Source of the DNA: Sedimentisphaerales bacterium
Lineage (GTDB): Bacteria; Planctomycetota; Phycisphaerae; Sedimentisphaerales; Anaerobacaceae
Direction of reading: 5' to 3'
Assembly (NCBI GenBank): GCA_050012695.1
Contig: JBEKGR010000008.1
Coordinates: 11,092-75,091 of the forward strand
DNA: 64,000 nucleotides
In this document: positions 56,727-64,000 of the stretch, piece after piece
How positions within the stretch are numbered: the stretch's first letter is position 1
Layout of the letters: the number at the start of each line of letters is the position of its first letter
Notes under the pieces: generated by a model
Told to the model about the DNA's origin: nothing
Databases searched by the model: none
The model's input: only the letters and a program-made list of their open reading frames with translations
Translations under genes and position numbers: made by a program

Positions 56727-57197
56727 CTACGCAATATGAGACATGAACTCCAATATTTTCTGGAATCGCTGCTTGTGTCCGACCTCTTCCTGGGCCAGAG
56801 CAAGTAGTATCTCCTTGGAATGAGCGTCTGAAATCATCTCCGCAAGGTCAACATAAAGCTTGATTGACGCCTCTTCCTTCTGTATGCCCATCAGCATAAT
56901 ATCTTTGTAATTCATTTTAATTTTGGGCGACATATAATCCTGCGGCTCATCGCGAAATCCAGCCGGGGTCTTGTTCTCATTAACCACCCTTCCGGTTTTC
57001 ATAATCTCCAGCTCTATTTTGGCCTTGTGTTCGAGTTCCTCAGCCGCCAGCATTTCGAATATCTTTTTTATACGGGGATTTTCCACACGCGCGGCAAGGG
57101 CAAGGTAAAACCTGTTGGCGTCCACCTCGCGGGCAACGGCCATTTCGAGAATCTCGTCGTCGATAAATTCCGCCATAGACAAAACAGAATACACCAC
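56727..57197 (-). CDS. Rubrerythrin/ferritin-like di-iron domain protein
   Basis: Two E-x-x-H helices are present: AAEELEHKAKIE and AQEEVGHKQRF. Confidence 0.65.
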   Translation of the reverse strand: MVYSVLSMAEFIDDEILEMAVAREVDANRFYLALAARVENPRIKKIFEMLAAEELEHKAKIELEIMKTGRVVNENKTPAGFRDEPQDYMSPKIKMNYKDIMLMGIQKEEASIKLYVDLAEMISDAHSKEILLALAQEEVGHKQRFQKILEFMSHIA

Positions 57198-57292
57198 AGG
57201 TGATTAAACGTCAATGCGGAGACAAATTAAATAATGAATGGCTTCTGGAGACAGGGGATATGCGACAAAATCGCCTATACCCTAAAAACTGT

Positions 57293-58438
57293 TTACTTTC
57301 GCACGAACATACTGCCCGGCAACTGCTTGACCAGACCTTTCAATCGGAGCGAAACAATCGAGGCGTTTACGCTTCCCGCGGGCAATTGCGAATCCTCGAT
57401 AATCTGCTCAATATGAACAGGTTCGCTATGCAGACACTCATACACCGACTTTTCACCGGGGCTGAGGTTCAACTGGGCGATATCGAACAAAGGCATCTCG
57501 GCTTTAGCCGTAAGCAAATCGGCCCGCTGACTGACGTATCCTCTTATTTTATCGCCTATGTACCCAAGCGACTCCATTATGTCATCGACACAGTCAACTA
57601 ATTTGGCCCCCTGTTTAATCAACTGATTGGCGCCCCGGCTGAGCGGAGAATCTATTTTGCCCGGCACAGCCATAACTTCGCGATTATATTCAAGAGCCGA
57701 TTTGGCGGTATGAAGCGCACCGGAATTGCTGCCCGCCTCGATAATGATTGTCCCCAGAGATAAGCCGGCTATAATCCTGTTGCGAGGAGGAAAATTCTCA
57801 GCCAAAGGTTCATAATGAAGAGGCAATTCGCTTATGCATGCGCCGGATTCGGCAATTGAATCGAATAACTTTTTATTTTCGGGTGGAAAGACATTGGCTA
57901 ATCCGCAGCCCTGGACAGCGATAGTGCGCCCGCCCGCCGCGAGAGCCCCCTGATGAGCCGCGGTATCGATGCCGCGCGCCAATCCTGAGCATATTGTAAA
58001 ACCCGCGCCTGCCAATATGTGTGCGAATCGCGATGCCTGCTCGCTGCCGTATAAACTGCACCGCCGAGACCCCACTATCGCCACACTAAGATTATCCGAC
58101 TCGACGAGAGTCCCCTTGACATATAAAACAGGAGGCGGGTCGTAAATAAGTTTTAGCTGTGCCGGGTAACGTTCATCCTGAAGATGAATAATCCATACCC
58201 CAAGCTTTTCAGCCAATGTCAGCTCGGCTTCGGCATCCGTTTTGTCGCGACTGGCCGCAATTTTTTCCGCGGTGTGAAGACCTATCCCATCAACTTTCGC
58301 CAGTTCATAAGCCGACGCGCCAAGAACTATTTCCGGCGAACCGAAATAAGCGAGCAGCTTGCCGAAAGTAACCGGACCGACACCTTCCGCGCCTGCCACT
58401 TTCAGCCACTTCTCGATATCTGGTGAATTTGGGTGCAT
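57293..58438 (-). CDS. dprA: DNA processing protein DprA
   Basis: VAIVGSRRCSLYGSEQA, SGLARGIDTAAHQGAL and a C-terminal winged-helix-like tail. Confidence 0.85.
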   Translation of the reverse strand: MHPNSPDIEKWLKVAGAEGVGPVTFGKLLAYFGSPEIVLGASAYELAKVDGIGLHTAEKIAASRDKTDAEAELTLAEKLGVWIIHLQDERYPAQLKLIYDPPPVLYVKGTLVESDNLSVAIVGSRRCSLYGSEQASRFAHILAGAGFTICSGLARGIDTAAHQGALAAGGRTIAVQGCGLANVFPPENKKLFDSIAESGACISELPLHYEPLAENFPPRNRIIAGLSLGTIIIEAGSNSGALHTAKSALEYNREVMAVPGKIDSPLSRGANQLIKQGAKLVDCVDDIMESLGYIGDKIRGYVSQRADLLTAKAEMPLFDIAQLNLSPGEKSVYECLHSEPVHIEQIIEDSQLPAGSVNASIVSLRLKGLVKQLPGSMFVRK

Positions 58439-58843
58439 CGAACAACCTGAATTATTATAAAATGATTAGCATAAAAGTATATGTCACCATTGCGTAAGGT
58501 CAAGTCAAATTACGAATGATTATAAAGATATAAGCATACGAGGGTATATACAATTTGTCCTTGCCGCCGGGTGAACAAACACCCGTTAATTTCGTAAATA
58601 ATCTCAATTTGGGCTTGGTAGCTTATGAATTTCTATTGCACTATAAGCACTCATAATAACGTATTTCGAGTTTCTAATACCATGGCTCGTCCCAAGCAAA
58701 AGAACCGTACTATTATCGCACTCACAACCTTATATTCAACAAAGAGTTATGTTTGTTGTGGGCCTGTAAAAAACGGCATTCTGTGCGATTAACAGGCTTA
58801 TTAAGTTGAAAAGCACAATATATTGTGTTATATTTGATTTTTT

Positions 58844-60259
58844 ATGGTACGAAGCGTTACGAAAACTCGGAAGAAACAGGCAAAGGGCCACACCTCTAAA
58901 ACGGCGGTGGTGGTTTCGCGCAAACCCTTCAAAACATACGATGAGGCAATCAAATACCTTTTCAATAGAACTAACTACGAGCAGGAAAAGCACTTACGAT
59001 ATAACGTTGATACGTTCAACCTGAAGCGGATGGAGCATTTGCTTTCGCGGATAGGCAATCCTCACACCAAAATCGATACAGTCCATATAGCCGGTACAAA
59101 AGGTAAAGGCAGCACAGCCACAATGCTGGCGAATATGCTCGAAGCAAACGGCTATAAAGTCGGTCTGTACACCTCGCCGCACGTGGTTAACCTGCACGAG
59201 CGAATTATGGTCAACTCTGAAATGATAACTAAAACCGCGATGCTCGGTTTGCTTAACCGTATATACAAAGCGGTCGAAACCGTTTCAAAAACCAGCGCCC
59301 CGACTTTCTTTGAGATAATGACGGCGCTCGCCTTTATGCACTTTGTTGATTCTAAGGCGGATGTCGCGGTAATTGAGACGGGCCTTGGCGGTCGATTAGA
59401 CAGCACCAATGTGATAAAGCCCAAGGTCGTCGGCATCACCAATCTGAGCTTCGACCATCAGAAACAACTGGGAAGCACAATAGAAGAAATCGCGAAGGAA
59501 AAGGCCGGTATTTTCAAGCATGGTGTCCCCATCGTAACGGTCCAGCAGGACCCTAACGCGATGCGGGTGCTGAGGGCGCAGGCCGCGGCAGTCAAGGCGC
59601 CAATCAGCGTAACCGGCGTAGATATCGATTTCTCGCATCGCTTTGAAACATCGCCTGAGCATGGGCCGCATAATCGCGTGTGCCTGACAACACCCACCAG
59701 CAAATTTGAGCACTTTCGAGTCCCGCTGCTTGGCATTCATCAGGCGGTAAACTGCGGTCTCGCCCTTGCGATGCTCGACAAGCTCAAGAGTTGCGGTTTC
59801 GAGATAGATAACGATAAAACGGTCTCAGGCCTTGCAAAAGTCAAATTGTCGGGCCGCATGGAGATGATTTGTGAAGACCCGCGAATTCTCATAGACGGTG
59901 CGCACAACGCCGCGAGCATAAGAGCGCTTATGCACGCAATAGGCCAGAGCATCCCTTACGATTCGATGATAGTAATCTTCGGCTGCAACGATGATAAAGA
60001 CGTCGCTGGAATGCTCCAGGAGCTGCAATTCGGCGCCGACAAGGTGATTTTCACTCGCAGCAACTCCCTCAAAGCGATGTCGCCTGATGAGCTGGCTGAA
60101 AAATACATTGCCATATCCGGCAAGATGTGCCAAACCGCCCCAGCTCTTGGGGAGGCACTTCGTCTGGCAAAAAACGCGGTAGGCAAGGAAGACCTTGTCT
60201 GCATTACGGGAAGTTTCTATCTCATCGGCCAGGCCAAGGTCCGTTTCCAGGCAAGCTAA
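58844..60259 (+). CDS. folC: Folylpolyglutamate synthase / dihydrofolate synthase
   Basis: TYDEAIKYLF...LKRMEHLLSRIGNP...VHIAGTKGKGST (Mur-ligase P-loop). The basic N-terminal extension of about 28 aa and the lack of an RBS make the exact start uncertain. Confidence 0.8.
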   Translation: MVRSVTKTRKKQAKGHTSKTAVVVSRKPFKTYDEAIKYLFNRTNYEQEKHLRYNVDTFNLKRMEHLLSRIGNPHTKIDTVHIAGTKGKGSTATMLANMLEANGYKVGLYTSPHVVNLHERIMVNSEMITKTAMLGLLNRIYKAVETVSKTSAPTFFEIMTALAFMHFVDSKADVAVIETGLGGRLDSTNVIKPKVVGITNLSFDHQKQLGSTIEEIAKEKAGIFKHGVPIVTVQQDPNAMRVLRAQAAAVKAPISVTGVDIDFSHRFETSPEHGPHNRVCLTTPTSKFEHFRVPLLGIHQAVNCGLALAMLDKLKSCGFEIDNDKTVSGLAKVKLSGRMEMICEDPRILIDGAHNAASIRALMHAIGQSIPYDSMIVIFGCNDDKDVAGMLQELQFGADKVIFTRSNSLKAMSPDELAEKYIAISGKMCQTAPALGEALRLAKNAVGKEDLVCITGSFYLIGQAKVRFQAS

Positions 60260-60292
60260 ACCTGTCCCCAGATGCGAGATTCAAGGAACCTG

Positions 60293-61012
60293 ATGAAGCT
60301 GTCAATCGTCATCCCTGCATTTAACGAATGCGGCAAAATTGGACGCGATGTCGAATCCGCCTGCGAATTTCTCCTGAAAAACAGCTTCGACGGGGAAGTT
60401 ATAGTTGCCGACGACGGCAGCAGCGACACAACGGCTGACGAAGCACAAAAAGCAGGCGACAAATATAACAGCCGGATACGAATCAATGTAATCCGAAACC
60501 GGCAGCACTACGGCAAAGGATATGCCGTTCGCAGCGGAATAATACAATCGACCGGCGATTACGTGATGTTCGCGGACAGCGGCAGTTGTGCCCCTCCGGA
60601 TAACATCCTGCGAGGACTGGAACTGCTCAAGACCGGCAAATGCGATATCGCTCACGGCTCTCGCAGATTAGCCGGAACGCACCTCGTAAAAGACCAGGGA
60701 CTTTACAGGCATATCTGCTCGGCGATTTTTCACTGGTTTGTAATACGAATGATGAAACTGCCTCCCCGGCTCACGGACACTCAGTGCGGCTTCAAAATTT
60801 ACCGCGGCGACGTCGCTCGCCTGCTTTACGGTCAGTGCCAAACCAACGGCTTTATGTTCGATATCGAAATAATCAGGCGGGCTATAAATCAGCATTACAG
60901 AATTGCGGAATTTCCCATCGACTGGACATGCGACCCGGACAGTCGGCTTTCACCAACAAAAAGCTCATGGCGAATACTTTCAGAACTGCTGAAAATAAGA
61001 AAAGCGATTTAA
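60293..61012 (+). CDS. Family 2 glycosyltransferase (dolichyl/polyprenyl-phosphate hexose synthase-like)
   Basis: MKLSIVIPAFNE...VIVADDGSSDTT...TDTQCGFK. Confidence 0.75.
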   Translation: MKLSIVIPAFNECGKIGRDVESACEFLLKNSFDGEVIVADDGSSDTTADEAQKAGDKYNSRIRINVIRNRQHYGKGYAVRSGIIQSTGDYVMFADSGSCAPPDNILRGLELLKTGKCDIAHGSRRLAGTHLVKDQGLYRHICSAIFHWFVIRMMKLPPRLTDTQCGFKIYRGDVARLLYGQCQTNGFMFDIEIIRRAINQHYRIAEFPIDWTCDPDSRLSPTKSSWRILSELLKIRKAI

Positions 61013-61026
61013 ATAAATATCCCGCA

Positions 61027-62007
61027 TTACTTCGAATAAAAATTCGCCTTACCCCATCGCCCGAAACGCAGGATTCGACCACCTGTCTTTTTGCTTTTAC
61101 CCAACAGAACCAGTAGTGCGGAAGCGTCCTTGCGTTTCTTGCAAAAAGATTGCACCGCGTTAACCGGCATCACCATAAAAGCCGTTGAAAGTGCGTCCGC
61201 CTCGGCAGCCGTCTTTGCCATCGACCAGGCGCCCGGCCTTGTAACCGGTTTTCCTGAATGCGGATTGATTATGTGCTGTCCTTTGCGCAATCCCGATGCG
61301 CTAATCGCCCTGCCCGCCAGGTTAATCTTCGCAATAAGTCGGCTGTAATCCGCCGGGTCTGACAATGATATAGGCCAGCCCGCTAAACCATCCGGGACGC
61401 CAACAGGCAAAATCGTGCTTTGTCCCGCTGATATGAGAACAACCTTTATCCCCCACTCGCCGAGTAACTGTGCGATTTTGTCCGCGGCATAACCTTTGCC
61501 GACAGCGCCGAAATCAATTCTGACATCGTCGCTTCGCAGTATAACGGTATGTTCGAATTCGTTAAGCACAAGCAAATTGCTGCCCGTTTTTTCAAGCGCC
61601 ACCTCAATATCCTTTTTCGATGGCTTACGCGGCGTCCTGTCTTTATCAAGCCAGCAATCATACAACGGGCCGATTGTAACATCAAAAGCGCCTTTTGTTT
61701 GTATATACAACTCGATACTTGTCGCCAGACATTCAAAAGCCGCTGGGCCAAGTTGCAGCGGCTGATTTGCGGCAAGAGCGTTAATTCGCGAAACGTCGCT
61801 GTTATCCATAAATCGGCTGAGATTGTTTTCGATGCGGTCAAGCTCTTCAAACGCCGCCCACGCGGCCTGTTCAGCGTAAACTGCATCTCGATGAACTATG
61901 AATATCTCGAACATCGCCGCCATTGCGTTATGTTTAAACGACCTGAGATTGGCGATTCCGCACCGGTCTTTTTCAAACGAGATTGTATCAGGTTGCTGCT
62001 CAGCCAT
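61027..62007 (-). CDS. apbE: FAD:protein FMN transferase
   Basis: FDVTIGPLYDCW, AVGKGYAADK, LISAGQSTI and IINPHSGKP. Confidence 0.8.
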   Translation of the reverse strand: MAEQQPDTISFEKDRCGIANLRSFKHNAMAAMFEIFIVHRDAVYAEQAAWAAFEELDRIENNLSRFMDNSDVSRINALAANQPLQLGPAAFECLATSIELYIQTKGAFDVTIGPLYDCWLDKDRTPRKPSKKDIEVALEKTGSNLLVLNEFEHTVILRSDDVRIDFGAVGKGYAADKIAQLLGEWGIKVVLISAGQSTILPVGVPDGLAGWPISLSDPADYSRLIAKINLAGRAISASGLRKGQHIINPHSGKPVTRPGAWSMAKTAAEADALSTAFMVMPVNAVQSFCKKRKDASALLVLLGKSKKTGGRILRFGRWGKANFYSK

Positions 62008-62016
62008 AACTTGCTC

Positions 62017-63597
62017 TCATTTGACGGCCTGATTATCGGATTTGCTCGTTTGCCATTCGTCCCACAGGTCTTTTGTTACATAGCCGCGAAGCTCGACCTG
62101 CGGCCTAAGCTCAATGCCTTTATCAAACAGGGGAACATAAAGATTTTTCTGCCCTGCCGGCGAAATATCAAACAATCGGCCTATAAGCCGCTCCTCAAAA
62201 CCGGCGGACGCGATTACGACCGGCGCAGGCGCGCTAATCTCGTTAACATCATTATAATAGCCCACGTTTTTGAATGAGCGCAGATACCACGGCAGCGGCC
62301 AATAATCACCCTCGGGACAAACCACCAGTACCGGCATATCACTCCCCGCCGGATACGCCCGCGAAACTTCCCCGACTCGCCGGGCGATTGTCAGCACGTC
62401 TTTCGTCGGATGAGCATATACATAAGGATTACCGGCATTAACATCATAAACGCGGCTTGCCAGAAACGCCTCTAAGCACAGGTCCGTTGCGAACACCAGA
62501 AAAAACAGGACCATTATTATTCGAGACAACACCCGCCCAAGCGAATTAACTACCGCGACGACGGCAACCGCCGCCAGCAGAATCATACCCTGATAAAAAC
62601 TCAGCAGACACCACGGCGTCTTATAGGGTATCGCCGAATAAACGACGGTCATTATCACAGTGTAGCAGGCAATAAATTTAAGCAGATTAGAATCGAGGCC
62701 GGATACGCCCCGCCCGCTTATAATAACTAACAGGCCAACCAAAGCCATTACCACTACAAACCCTTCAGTCCACGGCGGCCCCATCCCGGCCTTATTGTAA
62801 ATCAGCAACTGCAGATAATAATACCACGGATGAATATGAAGCTGATTATGGCCCGCTCGCTCAAAATATATCGCGTAGGTTCGGAATGAATCGATAAATC
62901 CCGCCGGATTTTTGAAAAAGGAAGAATAAAATAATCCCCATATGACTATCGCACCAATAATCGCTAAAACCAAATGACCGGGACGCACCAGGTCAAGCGT
63001 CGCCCTGCCGTCTTTTCGGGTTAGCAGCACAATCGACAAAGCAACTATAACCGCCCCAAAAGCGATTATGGACGTTTCTTTTGTGGCAAAGCACAACGCC
63101 GCAAATACTCCCGTCCGCAGCGCCCATATCCACTTTTGGCTGCGGGCGTATCTGTATCCCGATACAATCATCCCGAAAGTAAAACAAACAAGCAGCATTT
63201 CCGGGATATAGTATCGGCTGTAGAAAACAAACGCGGGCGATATGGCGGTAAACGCAGCGGCAATCACCGCGAAAGGTCTGCCAAGACCATCCATCAGCAG
63301 CAAAGGCATCAGGACTAAAATCAGTCCGAAAAATACTGGCACAATTCGCAGCGTGATTTCTGTAAGACAAGTGTAGGTATGCTGCCCGGAAAGCAACGCG
63401 GGAACCAGCGTAAAATAATTCAGCGTCGGCCCGTGGAATTCGGTCGGGTCGTAGCGATAGTTGTTTGCCTCGAGAAGCTGCCCGAAACGGTAAGCGTGGA
63501 CCGCCTCATCGCCGTGCATCGGGCGGATATCCAAACGGGAAATCCGCAATGCTGCGGCCAAAATCAGTACGGCTGATACTGCAAGCCAGTATCTCAT
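62017..63597 (-). CDS. GT-C-like polytopic membrane protein (TIGR03663 / ArnT-PMT-related)
   Basis: N-terminus RISRLDIRPMHGDEAVHAYRFGQLLE...YDPTEFHGPTLNYF, followed by about 12 TM. Confidence 0.55.
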   Translation of the reverse strand: MRYWLAVSAVLILAAALRISRLDIRPMHGDEAVHAYRFGQLLEANNYRYDPTEFHGPTLNYFTLVPALLSGQHTYTCLTEITLRIVPVFFGLILVLMPLLLMDGLGRPFAVIAAAFTAISPAFVFYSRYYIPEMLLVCFTFGMIVSGYRYARSQKWIWALRTGVFAALCFATKETSIIAFGAVIVALSIVLLTRKDGRATLDLVRPGHLVLAIIGAIVIWGLFYSSFFKNPAGFIDSFRTYAIYFERAGHNQLHIHPWYYYLQLLIYNKAGMGPPWTEGFVVVMALVGLLVIISGRGVSGLDSNLLKFIACYTVIMTVVYSAIPYKTPWCLLSFYQGMILLAAVAVVAVVNSLGRVLSRIIMVLFFLVFATDLCLEAFLASRVYDVNAGNPYVYAHPTKDVLTIARRVGEVSRAYPAGSDMPVLVVCPEGDYWPLPWYLRSFKNVGYYNDVNEISAPAPVVIASAGFEERLIGRLFDISPAGQKNLYVPLFDKGIELRPQVELRGYVTKDLWDEWQTSKSDNQAVK

Positions 63598-63602
63598 CTA
63601 CT

Positions 63603-64000
63603 TCATTTCGCAGGCGTTCCGTAAACCTCGACCTCAATATAATTATTCAGGTCGTTGGCGCTGTTGCCGTTGCTGTAACACCTGACATACCGCCCCACCA
63701 CGCCCTTGGCATCGATAAGCCTGCCCTCGGCGGTCTCAACATAATTCCTGTCTTTGCCGGCGCCGAGGCCCAGTGTATTGTCTGTGTCATTGTTGAAAAC
63801 CGTCTGGACGTTCTTAATGAAATCCGGGTCGCCGGCGATCTGCACAATAACATCCTTATAAACGCGGGGCTGCTTGTGATAATGCCAGACAATAACGGCA
63901 TAGATATTGTATGACGCCCCAAGGTCTATGGTTACATTTTGTTTTAACGGGCCTAATTCGACGTAGCTGCCGTCCGTCGCTTCCTTGTCCCCGTCGGTAA
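63603..64000 (-). CDS. C-terminal discoidin (F5/8 type C)-like domain of a larger protein (5' part lies beyond the right edge)
   Basis: Manual extension of the frame upstream of the tracked GTG gives ...TDGDKEATDGSYVELGPLKQNVTIDLGASYNIYAVIVWHYHKQPRVYKDVIVQIAGDPDF...GRYVRCYSNGNSANDLNNYIEVEVYGTPAK*. Confidence 0.6.
   Translation of the reverse strand, partial: TDGDKEATDGSYVELGPLKQNVTIDLGASYNIYAVIVWHYHKQPRVYKDVIVQIAGDPDFIKNVQTVFNNDTDNTLGLGAGKDRNYVETAEGRLIDAKGVVGRYVRCYSNGNSANDLNNYIEVEVYGTPAK

Noticed and set aside
58682-58792. 36-codon Cys-containing ORF (MARPKQKNRTIIALTTLYSTKSYVCCGPVKNGILCD) in the dprA/folC intergenic region
   Set aside because: It has no Shine-Dalgarno-like sequence and no recognisable family, and it lies in AT-rich sequence where such ORFs arise by chance.

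Overview
This 64-kb window has about 60 tightly packed genes, mostly on the minus strand. It probably comes from a PVC-superphylum bacterium (Planctomycetota/Phycisphaerae-like). That placement is an inference from the DUF1559 prepilin-like proteins, dockerin repeats, DapL and GT-C glycosyltransferases. Left to right: a MacAB-TolC-type efflux operon and tRNA-Arg(UCU). Next is a 17.2-kb segment with a complete Pho regulon (phoBR, a porin, pstSCAB-phoU) plus arsC, a CheW-like gene, two DUF1559 pseudopilin-like genes and an 870-aa PstS-fold/dockerin protein. This segment is bracketed by 120-bp direct repeats that carry the tRNA-Arg promoter and 5' half. Then come a sulfur-amino-acid operon (yezD, an OMP, metY, cysK) next to a decayed Rrf2 regulator, and a minimal secretin-less T2SS/T4P-like operon with two GspF paralogs. 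After that are two ECF sigma/anti-sigma modules, housekeeping genes (rhomboid, lgt, panDC, a folK-dNK fusion, dapL, polA), GT2/GT-C glycosylation pairs and a 1458-aa activase/dehydratase-like fusion. The window ends with plsC, cmk, a GAF-PP2C phosphatase, cbiMQO, dprA, folC and apbE. The strongest finding is six 54-bp promoter modules read directly from the sequence. Each has four YTAAY units in exact 11-bp phase, followed 9 nt later by a TAnnnT -10. They mark the known Pho genes and also the CheW-like and DUF1559/PstS-dockerin genes. No CRISPR array, transposase or integrase was seen.
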